Assembly: GCA_011364975.1 (NCBI GenBank)
Contig: RDOE01000013.1
Span: forward strand, 1 to 58,356
Origin: Promethearchaeota archaeon
Lineage (GTDB): Archaea; Asgardarchaeota; Lokiarchaeia; Sigyniarchaeales; SOKP01
DNA length: 58,356 nt
Direction: 5' to 3'
This document shows, one piece after another, positions 19,830-29,465 of the stretch. Positions within the stretch are counted from its first letter, which is position 1, and every line of letters begins with the position of its first letter. The notes beneath the pieces were generated by a model. It was not told the origin of the DNA and ran no database searches. It saw only the letters and a program-made list of their open reading frames with translations. The position numbers and the translations under genes were made by a program.

Positions 19830-21254
19830 TTATGCTTGTAATATAATGATTATAACGTCATTTACATTGCATCCTGTAGGACCTGTAATTATTTCTGTTT
19901 TCATTATCTTAAAGAAAGAATTTGAATTATTATCATTAAGGTAATCAGAAGGATCTAATCCCTTAAATTTTAATTGTTCTATAATATAATTATCAATAAG
20001 AGCCCCCATAGCTGAAGAGTTGCCCTCAATTCCGTCAAGATTTACCGCAATTACTAAAAAATTGTAATTCAAATTTTTCTTCTTTATGATTTCAACATAA
20101 TTTAACAGCATTTCTTGATTCCGCCCCCCTATTCCTTCACCTCTTATTGTAACTGTCAGCTCACCCGTACCAATCATTGCCATACCATTCTTAAAATTTG
20201 TCTTATTTAATTGCTTCACTCTTGTTGTAATTAATTGATCCAAATATTTACTGAAATCTCTCGCTTCTCCTTTTATTTCATTAGAAAAAAATTCAACGTT
20301 ATAGGATTTTTTTCTTAGAAATTTCATTATTTCATGAGCTGCATTATCAACACTTCCAATTAAATAATTATGGACTTTCTTGAAACAATCGTCATTTTCT
20401 TTCGGATTCTCTTCTTCTGGATTTAATAACCCCGTTTCCAGTACATCTTTAATTTTAGGTGAGATTCTATCTAATAATTGGTACTTTTTTAAAATTTCTA
20501 TAGCATCTTTGAATGTGGTAGGATCAGGGACAGTCGGACCTGATGCGATTGAATCAAGGTTATTTCCTGTAACATCTGAAATTATTAGGCTTATCAAGTG
20601 TGCTTTACTGGTCTTATATACGGTTTTAGCTAAATTACCTCCTTTAAAGCTTGAAATGTGTTTTCGGATAGTATTTATCTCATGAATTGATGCACCAGAA
20701 TCTAATAATAACGAATTTAGATTTTGTAAATCGTGTAATAAGATATCTTTCCGAGGTAAAGGTAATAAAGCAGAACCTCCTCCGGAAATTAAACATATAA
20801 TCAGATCATCACTAGTAGCTTCTTTGATGAAATTAATCATACTTCTTGTTCCTATTAGACCATCCTTGCTAGGAATTGGATGTGAAGCCTTATTAATTTG
20901 AAATTTATTTGTGAAATTAAATGGTTCAATATTTAAGCCATTTTGAATATTAATAATACCACTATAGTTTATATTGGGAATTTGATCCAATAAAATTGCA
21001 ATAGAATAAGCCATTTCAGCAGTAGCTTTTCCACCCCCAATAATATAGATCTTGTTAAAAAGGCTGAGATCAAATATATCTTCCTGGATACATAATTTTG
21101 TGCCGTCAATTTTCACTGCGTCTTCAATTAACTTTTTAGGTCTTACTGATTCTATAGCGATCTCTAATGCTTCTAATCCTAACTTTCTTAAATCTAATTG
21201 ATCATTACTTAATTCTGGAGATAAAAAAAGATCATTATAATTTTTAATATTCAT
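19830..21254 (-). CDS. glycerate 2-kinase (MOFRL/TtuD family)
   Basis: IIGGGKA, ASHPIP, LISGGGSALL, KGGNLA, IASGPT, GGRNQE, TGPTGCNVND. Confidence 0.9.
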   Translation of the reverse strand: MNIKNYNDLFLSPELSNDQLDLRKLGLEALEIAIESVRPKKLIEDAVKIDGTKLCIQEDIFDLSLFNKIYIIGGGKATAEMAYSIAILLDQIPNINYSGIINIQNGLNIEPFNFTNKFQINKASHPIPSKDGLIGTRSMINFIKEATSDDLIICLISGGGSALLPLPRKDILLHDLQNLNSLLLDSGASIHEINTIRKHISSFKGGNLAKTVYKTSKAHLISLIISDVTGNNLDSIASGPTVPDPTTFKDAIEILKKYQLLDRISPKIKDVLETGLLNPEEENPKENDDCFKKVHNYLIGSVDNAAHEIMKFLRKKSYNVEFFSNEIKGEARDFSKYLDQLITTRVKQLNKTNFKNGMAMIGTGELTVTIRGEGIGGRNQEMLLNYVEIIKKKNLNYNFLVIAVNLDGIEGNSSAMGALIDNYIIEQLKFKGLDPSDYLNDNNSNSFFKIMKTEIITGPTGCNVNDVIIIILQA

Positions 21255-21387
21255 ATATCTTCAGTTAAAAACGTCTATTTTTTTATAATTTTGTAGAGCA
21301 TTAATTAAACTTAATATTATTTGTATTATTTCTTCACATAGAATTATAATTATCAATTAAATAAAAATTAACAAAACTTAAAAGAAA

Positions 21388-22872
21388 ATGTCTGAGTCTA
21401 AAATTTATGATCTCGTAGTAATAGGGGCTGGTCCTGGGGGATATCATGCCGCTGTGCGAGCCGCCCAATATGGTGCGAGGGTTGCCCTCATCGAGAAAAA
21501 GAATCTGGGAGGGACTTGCTTGAATTGGGGATGTATTCCAACAAAAGCCTTATATGCCTCGGCAGAACTAGTACAAAAAATTAGATCACATGGAAAGGAT
21601 ATGGGAGTGATATGCGATCTTAAACTAGATTTCACTAAAGCAGTTGAGCGCAAAAATAATGTGGTAAAAGAACTTACTGAAGGAATTGGAGCATTAGAGA
21701 AAGCATGGAAAAATGATGTATTTATGGGACATGGCAAAATTTTAGGAGGAAATGCAAAGGATGGTTTTGATATTGCTATAGAAGGGCAAGAAAGTCAGAA
21801 AATAAAAACTAAAAGAATTTTATTAGCAACTGGTTCCTCGCCCGCCCTCATTCCGGCATTTAATATCGATCACGAGCGAATACTTACAAGTGATGACATT
21901 TTACATCCTGATTTCAAGATAGTGCCTAAAAGATTACTAATTATTGGAGCGGGTGTAATTGGATGTGAATTTGCAAATATTTTCGCAACTTTCGGAAGCA
22001 AAGTGATTATGCTGGAATATTTAGCTTCTCCAATCGCAACAGAAGAACCGATGATTGTGAAAGAACTTCAGAAAAAACTGGAGTCATTAGGTGTAGAGAT
22101 CAATGTTTCACAAAATGTTCTTTCTGTAATAAATACAGGATCAGGGGTTAAAGCTACAACATGCTCAGCAGAGATTCCAAGAGATCAAGTAGAATCAGTA
22201 GAGAAATCTTATTTCGAAGCAGATTATTGCTTGGTGTCAATAGGAAGAGCAAAAGAATCGAGTAATCTTGGGTTAGAAAGCCTTGGAATCGAACTAGAGA
22301 GAGGTGCCATTAAAGTAAATCCCAAAACTTTAGAAACAAAAGCAGAAGGAATTTATGCTATTGGAGATGTGACTGGTGGAATTATGTTAGCTCATGTAGC
22401 TAGTCATGAAGGAGATGTAGCAGTAGCAAATGCACTGGCAAGTTTAGGAGGATTTAAAATAGAACCACGAAGTCCTGATTATAATGTAGTTCCTGCAACT
22501 ATTTTTACTAATCCAAATATTGGTTCGGTCGGTATAAGACGAAACCAAGCGAAAGATTTGGGATATGATCTTCTTATGGGGAGATTTCCCTATATGTCTC
22601 TGGGAAAAGCTAAATGTATGGGTGAAGAGGAAGGATTTATAATGATTTTAGCGGATAAAAATACCTATAAAATTCTGGGAGCCTCCTGTATCGGCGCTGA
22701 AGCCTCTGAATTAATTGCAGAAATAGCTTTAGCAATGCAACATGGTCTTACAGTCCATGATGTCGCTGAAACAATTCATAGTCACCCAACCATATCTGAA
22801 CTGGTCTTGGAAGGTATGGAAGATGTATTTGGAATGGCAATTCATAAAAAGGGAAGACCAATTCTTCATTAG
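21388..22872 (+). CDS. lpdA: dihydrolipoamide dehydrogenase
   Basis: GAGPGG, GGTCLNWGCIPTK, IIGAGVIGCE, HSHPTISE. Confidence 0.92.
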   Translation: MSESKIYDLVVIGAGPGGYHAAVRAAQYGARVALIEKKNLGGTCLNWGCIPTKALYASAELVQKIRSHGKDMGVICDLKLDFTKAVERKNNVVKELTEGIGALEKAWKNDVFMGHGKILGGNAKDGFDIAIEGQESQKIKTKRILLATGSSPALIPAFNIDHERILTSDDILHPDFKIVPKRLLIIGAGVIGCEFANIFATFGSKVIMLEYLASPIATEEPMIVKELQKKLESLGVEINVSQNVLSVINTGSGVKATTCSAEIPRDQVESVEKSYFEADYCLVSIGRAKESSNLGLESLGIELERGAIKVNPKTLETKAEGIYAIGDVTGGIMLAHVASHEGDVAVANALASLGGFKIEPRSPDYNVVPATIFTNPNIGSVGIRRNQAKDLGYDLLMGRFPYMSLGKAKCMGEEEGFIMILADKNTYKILGASCIGAEASELIAEIALAMQHGLTVHDVAETIHSHPTISELVLEGMEDVFGMAIHKKGRPILH

Positions 22873-22953
22873 ACTTGCTTATTTTTCTTTTTTTATTTTT
22901 TTGGTAAAATTATGGTAATTTTTGTTATATGTATTATTAAAAGGTGAAATTAG

Positions 22954-23604
22954 GTCGGCGATATCTATAATATTTTAATTACTGGACTTGCATCACAAAA
23001 TATTTCTGTAATTCATAGAATATTACTAGAACATGGTAAAATTAACCCGTTTATTGAGAAAGTAATAGGAGCCGTGTTTGAAAAAAGATTTTCAAGAGAA
23101 GGGTCTATTTATGCAACAATTAAATATCTTATAGATCAAAAGATTTATTCCTTAGAGCAGAACTTAACTAAAGATAATTTAAAAAATCCTAAATTAAATC
23201 TTAAAGATGCACACCTAGTTATTGGTTTAGAACCATATGAAACCTTCGCGAATTTGAAATATTATTCCGAAAAGACAGTAATAATATTAAATGTACATAG
23301 TTTTGATTCAAAATTTACCCAACTTGCCCTAAAGAAAAGAATTGGGGTTCCCTCAATTGGTTGTATTGTTGATATTTTAGATCAATTGGTAAGAAGAATC
23401 ATTGGTCTTGATATATATGAATTAGCAACTTCAGTATTTCAAACCGAAGAATACGTCCCTATGATTATCCTTGGATTAGCAACAAAAGAATTTAAAGAAA
23501 TTTTAAATAAAAAAAAAATGATTGAAAGTATTAATAAAGAAACACCCCGAGGGCCTAAATTAGTTGAGGCTTTCCAATATGGTTTTGATTTGATAGAATA
23601 TTAA
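22954..23604 (+). CDS. IorB/PorG-like 2-oxoacid oxidoreductase subunit (degenerate)
   Basis: Frame is open from the TAG at 22951 and reads VGDIYNILITGLASQN...SREGS...AHLVIGLEPYE...MIILG...AFQYG. The N-terminal strand lies upstream of GTG23074. Confidence 0.65.
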   Translation, partial: VGDIYNILITGLASQNISVIHRILLEHGKINPFIEKVIGAVFEKRFSREGSIYATIKYLIDQKIYSLEQNLTKDNLKNPKLNLKDAHLVIGLEPYETFANLKYYSEKTVIILNVHSFDSKFTQLALKKRIGVPSIGCIVDILDQLVRRIIGLDIYELATSVFQTEEYVPMIILGLATKEFKEILNKKKMIESINKETPRGPKLVEAFQYGFDLIEY

Positions 23605-23623
23605 AAAATGAGTACGTTTTGTT

Positions 23624-25762
23624 TTACTTTTTAATAGTTTTCACTTTAAATGATACTAACTTTCCATCTTTTATTTCAATTTCTCTATAAGCACCAGATA
23701 ACTTAGGATTAAAATAACTTCCTAAACCTAATGCTGGCGTTTGAACGATAAATGGTCCGTTTTCTTCAATTTCTTTAGCAGAAGTATACATTTCCGAATA
23801 TAGATCATAATATATTGCTGCAGGATTTTCTATTTTTTCGATTGGGAAAGGTGAATTTTGTAAATTTTCAGATGCGCCCTCCGAGGGATCACCTAATTTA
23901 AACTCTTTTAATTGATGCGTGTGTCCACATAAGGTTAAAATACAATGATTTTTACAGAAATAAATTAATTTTTCCCAATTTGAAGAGACAACTCCATATT
24001 TAACATCAAATTTTCCATCAATGCGTGCTGCTGAACGTTTTTTACCTAGCATTAAAACTCGTGATTCCATATATTCATCAATTTTAGTAAGAATTTCATC
24101 CTTATGTTTGGGTAAATCAATTCTTTTAAAGATACTGATTGTATGCTTAGGATTAATTGGTGGACCATGGAGGAAAAGCAAATTCAGGTCTTCTTTTCCG
24201 AAATTTTTATTCACAAGGTGTTCTAAATATTTAATTTGCTTATTCGATAATCCGGTAACGGAAGGATGTCCGCTTACGAAATCCATTATCCTTTTAAAAG
24301 AATCCGATCCTGTATTTAGAAAGATTAGATTGTTTTTACCTAACTTAAGAAAGAAATCAAGAGAACTATTAATTTCTGTCAAGTAAGCTTTCATCGCCCG
24401 AAAAGTTTTTGTAATAGAGCTAATTGGATTTGCCATTAACTCATCATTTAGGGCAAGCGCCTCGTTCCCATTTAAACCAATCTTTCTATACAAACCCCCC
24501 CATCTAATATCATAGTGAAAGGGTCTATATTCATGATTTCCAGGGATGGTAAAGATAGGAAATAATACTTCCTCTCCCCGAATCATTCCTCTTTTCTTTT
24601 CTTGGGGGAAATTTAAAAGAATTTCCTTAAAGACCCTCCAATTACTTCTTTCGTATTCAAAGTCAACAACTTTTCTTACATCTTTTGGAATTTTAGATAA
24701 TATTGCAAAATCTATTAAATCTCCCGTTAACACCACAAAATCCAGGTCATTAGCAAGCACTCTTTTGTTCATTAACTTAATAAATTTCCTGAAATTATTA
24801 TTGGGATTAATATAACGTTTATGTAAGGGTGTAATAGAACGTTCTGTACTAGCTTTTTTAGTTTTAGTACTAAATAATCGTTGAAAAAACGAGATTGTTT
24901 TCACACCTTCAGAAATTATCTCTCCAATTTCTGATTTCCTAACTAAAGAAGTCCAATTTTTTACAATTTCATAAATTCTATCATTTCGTTCAGCAAGATG
25001 TAAATCGGATGCCTGGACAATTTTGAGGTCATTCCAACTATTTTTTGATATAACTATGGAGTGATAATTAATTTTACTCTCATTGTTAATAAAATGAACT
25101 TTAAGGTCAAACATAATGAAATTATGGCTTTCTAAAAATTCCTTAATCTCATTATTAATATCAAATTTTATTTGGACTTTATAAAAAACGTTTAAAGCTC
25201 CCAAAATATCTTGTTTGACTAAATAGTTTCGAGGGCTGCAATAATTATCATATTCAAGACTGTCCAAATCACATATATTAACAGATTCAACGTTGGAAAT
25301 TATAGGGTCAATTTCAGAAGTTCGGAAAGCTCGAGCTTTAACTTTTTGAAACTTCCCCTTTTCTGGAAAATAGAACTTATTTCCCTGAGAATCTATAAAT
25401 TCTAGTGGATTCTTTAATAACTCTTGCTTAATTCGTTCTCTCTTCTTTTTTAAGAAAAAGCCTTTTATCTTATCCCAAAGGGAAACCTTTTTTTTTCCAA
25501 ATAATGTTAAAAGCCAAGCTTTATTCTCTTTGGCAAGTAAAGATTGTATTTTCCATGTATATTCTAATATCGGTATAATAGAGATCTTATGCTGAATAAT
25601 TTCAGTAAATTTTTCTAACTCAGCAATCTGAGTAGCAAATAACATATCTATAGAAAAGTTCTCCTGGCTAAATTTAGAGTCAATATTTAAGATTATGGGG
25701 TGCCCTAAATTAGGATTTAGAAGTAAGATTTCTCGATTTTTAGGATCTAAATTCTCATTCAA
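23624..25762 (-). CDS. calcineurin-like metallophosphoesterase with long N-terminal extension
   Basis: SDLH, GDLID, GNHE, HGPP, GHTH motifs. Confidence 0.82.
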   Translation of the reverse strand: MNENLDPKNREILLLNPNLGHPIILNIDSKFSQENFSIDMLFATQIAELEKFTEIIQHKISIIPILEYTWKIQSLLAKENKAWLLTLFGKKKVSLWDKIKGFFLKKKRERIKQELLKNPLEFIDSQGNKFYFPEKGKFQKVKARAFRTSEIDPIISNVESVNICDLDSLEYDNYCSPRNYLVKQDILGALNVFYKVQIKFDINNEIKEFLESHNFIMFDLKVHFINNESKINYHSIVISKNSWNDLKIVQASDLHLAERNDRIYEIVKNWTSLVRKSEIGEIISEGVKTISFFQRLFSTKTKKASTERSITPLHKRYINPNNNFRKFIKLMNKRVLANDLDFVVLTGDLIDFAILSKIPKDVRKVVDFEYERSNWRVFKEILLNFPQEKKRGMIRGEEVLFPIFTIPGNHEYRPFHYDIRWGGLYRKIGLNGNEALALNDELMANPISSITKTFRAMKAYLTEINSSLDFFLKLGKNNLIFLNTGSDSFKRIMDFVSGHPSVTGLSNKQIKYLEHLVNKNFGKEDLNLLFLHGPPINPKHTISIFKRIDLPKHKDEILTKIDEYMESRVLMLGKKRSAARIDGKFDVKYGVVSSNWEKLIYFCKNHCILTLCGHTHQLKEFKLGDPSEGASENLQNSPFPIEKIENPAAIYYDLYSEMYTSAKEIEENGPFIVQTPALGLGSYFNPKLSGAYREIEIKDGKLVSFKVKTIKK

Positions 25763-25899
25763 TTTTAATTAAACTCGAAAAGTGGTATTGTAATATCTTA
25801 TCATTTAATAAGAATTTAGTACATATAAATCTAAATTGAGAGTTGATACCCTATTATATACTCAAGAATAATTTGATTAAGAATAGTATGTAGGAAAAC

Positions 25900-26181
25900 T
25901 CATTCTTCAATATTTGCGAGATTCACAAATATTACGTTATCGCCACGAACAACGCAGTCACCAATTTGTTCATGTTCTTCATGAATGTTTCCATCCTCAT
26001 CTTGATATTCGAAAATCTGGCTGGTACCTTCTAAGTAAAGATTTAGGTGTTCATCAAATCCACCTAATACACCCCGAAAAAGGCGATTTCGCTTCACTTT
26101 AATAAGTATTACTTTGTTGACCGAATTTTTTAAATAATCTATTGGTCTATTAGGTCTCATTGGTTGATTTCTTCTTTCCAT
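25900..26181 (-). CDS. Sm/Lsm family RNA-binding protein (SmAP)
   Basis: RPIDYL, FRGVLGGFDEHLNLYL (Sm1), VVRGDNVIFV (Sm2); likely start ATG26181. Confidence 0.92.
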   Translation of the reverse strand: MERRNQPMRPNRPIDYLKNSVNKVILIKVKRNRLFRGVLGGFDEHLNLYLEGTSQIFEYQDEDGNIHEEHEQIGDCVVRGDNVIFVNLANIEE

Positions 26182-26304
26182 TTTTAAAAACACAAAAAAA
26201 AATATTTACAAAAATCTATTAATAATTAATAAAATTAAAATTCAGAATTAAAACCTTTTGATTTAGTTTTCCTTTTATATTATTAAATATCACAATTAAA
26301 AATC

Positions 26305-26457
26305 ATGATAGAAAATCACAAGAAAGTTGAGTTGGTAAACTGCTGTGTTAAAAATTGTCAAAAAGCAATCCCTAAAGATAAAGCAATTGTGATTGATGGT
26401 AACTACTTTTGTGAAATTTGCAGTGTTGCGTATTATAGAACTTTATTAAATCTCTAA
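26305..26457 (+). CDS. 50-aa zinc-finger microprotein (absent from the ORF track)
   Basis: MIENHKKVELVNCCVKNCQKAIPKDKAIVIDGNYFCEICSVAYYRTLLNL*. Confidence 0.65.
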   Translation: MIENHKKVELVNCCVKNCQKAIPKDKAIVIDGNYFCEICSVAYYRTLLNL

Positions 26458-26543
26458 CATATTAATACTATTATTATTGAGCCTCTAAAACTCTAAATTT
26501 TTATGGTATCGCGGTTTTATTATTATTATTAGGATAAGATCAT

Positions 26544-26652
26544 AGGCTCGTGGCGAAGACTGGATATCGCGGCAGCCTCCTAAGCTGACGGTCGGGGGTT
26601 CAATAACTTCAAGAAGATCCTTGGTGTTGAACATATCCCCCCGGGCCTGCCA
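26544..26652 (+). tRNA. tRNA-Arg (anticodon CCT) with a 31-nt intron at 58/59 (26604-26634) and encoded CCA
   Basis: Acceptor AGGCTCG/CGGGCCT, D-stem GCGA/TCGC, anticodon loop CTCCTAA, T-stem GGGGG/CCCCC; removing the intron restores T-loop TTCAAAT; junctions form a BHB motif. Confidence 0.92.
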
Positions 26653-26765
26653 TCTCTATTTCTATATAATGGCTTCATATTTTCAAATTTAGCGTTAGAA
26701 CCTTCAATACATAACGAGAATTTATATAAGAGTTTATTAGATACTTAACATGTTTAAAATTAGAG

Positions 26766-28511
26766 GTGAAAAATATGCCAAAAAAAATGTTAAGAGTTAA
26801 TATGACTAAACTCGAAGCTAAATTCGAGGATTTTCCTGCAGATTTCGCAGCATTAGGTGGACGAGCACTTACATCTACGATTGTTGCTAAAGAAGTTGAT
26901 CCACTTTGTCATCCATTGGGGCCAAGTAATAAGCTTATATTTGCCCCTGGTATAGTTACGGGAACTGCTGCTCCTACTTCAGGGAGAATTTCTGTTGGGG
27001 CTAAGTCTCCACTAACTGGAGGAATAAAAGAAGCAAATGCTGGAACTCCTTTTTCACAGAAACTTGCACGTATGAGAATTGCGGCAATTGTGGTAGAAGG
27101 AAAACATATAGGAAAGGATTATTATACCTTAAAAGTTACAAAAGATAAAGCAGAATTCATAAATGCTAATAAATGGGTTGGTAAAGGACTCTATAATGTC
27201 TATAAAGAATTATTTAAGGAATACGGAAATAAGGTAGGCATTTGTGGTGTGGGAATTGCAGCGGAACTCATGGGAGCAGCTTCAGGAATATGTTTCAACG
27301 ATCCCGAGGGACTACCGAGTCGTTATGCTGGAAGGGGCGGCCTTGGGGCTGTTATGGCGTCTAAAGGATTAAAATTTATTATTATTGATGAAACTGGAGC
27401 ACCTGGAGTTGAAATTGCTAATGAGGAGGTATTTAGAGAAGGCATTGCTAAGCTAAGAAATGCATTAACTACTCATGATGTTACTAAACCAGGTGGAGCT
27501 TTGAATTCATATGGAACAAGTGTATTGGTAAATATAATAAATGAGGCTGGGGGATTGCCGCAACGTAATTTTTCTGCGGGACAAGATGATCGTTCTGAAA
27601 AGGTTTCTGGAGAGGTTAAAGCGGAAGAGATTAAAAAACGAGGAGGAGTACGACCACATTTCTGTAGTCCAGGCTGTATTATTCAATGTTCAGAAGTATG
27701 GACAAAGGCTGGCGGAAAGGATCCAGTGGGCGTATTAGAGTATGAAAGTGTATGGGCTCTTGGCCCTAATTGTGGAATTTATAATTTAGATGACGTAGGA
27801 GAATTAAACAGAGCTTGTAATGATTTAGGACTAGATACAATCGAAACAGGAGATCTCTTAGCTGTTGCTATGGAAGGAGGACTAATTGAATTCGGAAATG
27901 GAAAAGGAGCTCTAAAATTAATGGAGGAAATACAAAAGAAAACTCCAACAGGTCGTATTTTAGCGAACGGTACTGGTTTTACTGGACAGGCATTTGGTGT
28001 GACAAGAGTACCAGTGGTGAAGAACCAAGGCTTACCTGCTTATGATCCACGTGCTATTAAAGGAATCGGAGTAACTTATGCTACAACACCTATGGGAGCA
28101 GATCACACAGCAGGATATGCTATAGCTACAGAAATAATGGGCGTCGGAGGAACTGCAGATCCTAGAGATACAAAAAAGTCAGACTTATCTCGAAATTTAC
28201 AAATCGCGACTGCTGCAGTGGATGCTACAGGATATTGTTTATTCATCGCTTTTGCTGTTTTAGACATACCAGAAGGCTTGCAAGGTGTGGTTGAAACACT
28301 GAATGGAGTACTAGGAGCAAATCTTACTGTAAATGATGTCCCCGGTTATGGAATGCAGATTATCAAGACAGAACGCGACTTCAATAAAGCTGCCGGTTTC
28401 ACAGAAAAGAATGATAGGTTGCCAGAATTTTTCTTAAAGGAAAAATTACCTCCTTTCAATGAAGTATTTAATGTACCCGATGAAGAACTAGACAAAGTTT
28501 GGGGCTCCTAA
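26766..28511 (+). CDS. aor: aldehyde:ferredoxin oxidoreductase (tungstopterin family)
   Basis: AKSPLTGGIKEANAG, AGRGGLGAVMASKGLK, CSPGCIIQC, EYES, CNDLGLDTI, PAYDPR, GADH. Confidence 0.92.
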   Translation: MKNMPKKMLRVNMTKLEAKFEDFPADFAALGGRALTSTIVAKEVDPLCHPLGPSNKLIFAPGIVTGTAAPTSGRISVGAKSPLTGGIKEANAGTPFSQKLARMRIAAIVVEGKHIGKDYYTLKVTKDKAEFINANKWVGKGLYNVYKELFKEYGNKVGICGVGIAAELMGAASGICFNDPEGLPSRYAGRGGLGAVMASKGLKFIIIDETGAPGVEIANEEVFREGIAKLRNALTTHDVTKPGGALNSYGTSVLVNIINEAGGLPQRNFSAGQDDRSEKVSGEVKAEEIKKRGGVRPHFCSPGCIIQCSEVWTKAGGKDPVGVLEYESVWALGPNCGIYNLDDVGELNRACNDLGLDTIETGDLLAVAMEGGLIEFGNGKGALKLMEEIQKKTPTGRILANGTGFTGQAFGVTRVPVVKNQGLPAYDPRAIKGIGVTYATTPMGADHTAGYAIATEIMGVGGTADPRDTKKSDLSRNLQIATAAVDATGYCLFIAFAVLDIPEGLQGVVETLNGVLGANLTVNDVPGYGMQIIKTERDFNKAAGFTEKNDRLPEFFLKEKLPPFNEVFNVPDEELDKVWGS

Positions 28512-28522
28512 GCGGATAGAAA

Positions 28523-28807
28523 ATGACAATTCTTGTAAAATTTTTCGGTGATTTACGAAAAAAAGTTAAAAACCATGAGATCACGGGCGCTCTTCCATTA
28601 AAAATTCAACTTGAGAGTGATGGGATAGAAACAATTGCTGATATCTTAAAAAAATATGCAATCACACCAGAAGAGACGTATCATCTTTTTGTGAATGGAG
28701 TATATTCCGGTCTCGACAAAAAGATTCATGATGGTGATAGAGTGGGTATATTTCCTAAAAATATGGCATTACTCTATAAATGGTATTTTACAAGAAAAAA
28801 TGAGTGA
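28523..28807 (+). CDS. MoaD/ThiS ubiquitin-like protein lacking C-terminal GG
   Basis: VKFFGDLR...FVNG...IHDGDRVGIFP followed by KNMALLYKWYFTRKNE. Confidence 0.75.
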   Translation: MTILVKFFGDLRKKVKNHEITGALPLKIQLESDGIETIADILKKYAITPEETYHLFVNGVYSGLDKKIHDGDRVGIFPKNMALLYKWYFTRKNE

Positions 28808-29048
28808 CAACAAAACTATTAAAATAACTGTTAAGTTTTTTGCGGGATTGAGAGAGTTTGGACCATCAAAAGAAACTATAGAGATTGCAAGAGATAGTGA
28901 TCTGAACTTTATTATTAAAAAATATAAAGTTCCCCTGTCGAAAGAAAAAATTATAATATTAATAAACGGAGTTCCACAACATAACAAGGATTTTAAGTTC
29001 AATGATGGAGATATTGTTGCGATATTCCCCCCAATAGGTGGGGGCTAA
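28800..29048 (+). CDS. MoaD/SAMP sulfur-carrier protein
   Basis: ATG28800 overlaps the previous stop; VKFFAGLRE...ING...DGDIVAIFPPIGGG*. Confidence 0.88.
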   Translation: MSDNKTIKITVKFFAGLREFGPSKETIEIARDSDLNFIIKKYKVPLSKEKIIILINGVPQHNKDFKFNDGDIVAIFPPIGGG

Positions 29049-29157
29049 ATCTTTTTTTTTAATTATTTTATTTTATATCTCAGATAAAGGTAAAAGACTT
29101 AAAAAAAATCTGCGTTCTAGTTTAAAATTAAAAAAAAATAAAAGTTATAATAGTTTT

Positions 29158-29370
29158 TTACATTAATTTCATTGCTAAGTCCATGTCCTCTGTGGTCAAT
29201 TTTTTTCGACCGGCATGGCGTGTCATTTCAAGAGCTTTATTTGTTGCGCCTTTTGCAACTTTTTCTAAATAATCGATTAAGGCATCAACAGCTTCTCGTG
29301 CAACCATTTCAGCGCCATTATCTTTCATTAATTTGCGGACAGGAGACCATGCAAATACTTTTTTAGCCAT
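29158..29370 (-). CDS. archaeal histone (HMf-type, tailless)
   Basis: SPVRKLMK...GAEMVAREA...HAGRKKLTTEDMDLA histone fold; GGAGG RBS upstream. Confidence 0.93.
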   Translation of the reverse strand: MAKKVFAWSPVRKLMKDNGAEMVAREAVDALIDYLEKVAKGATNKALEMTRHAGRKKLTTEDMDLAMKLM

Positions 29371-29457
29371 TTTTTATCCTCCACTTTTTGTTATTCGTTT
29401 TAAGAAAGTCTAAATGTTTAACAAAGAACTTTCTTAAGTAATAGTACTTATTTTAGA

Positions 29458-29465
29458 TATATAAA
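29458..29465 (-). promoter_or_regulatory. putative TATA box of the histone gene
   Basis: TTTATATA on the minus strand about 90 nt upstream of the histone ATG. Confidence 0.45.

Noticed and set aside
28695-28799. Longer N-terminus for the second MoaD protein
   Set aside because: It overlaps the upstream gene by more than 100 nt, while ATG28800 gives a normal-length MoaD.
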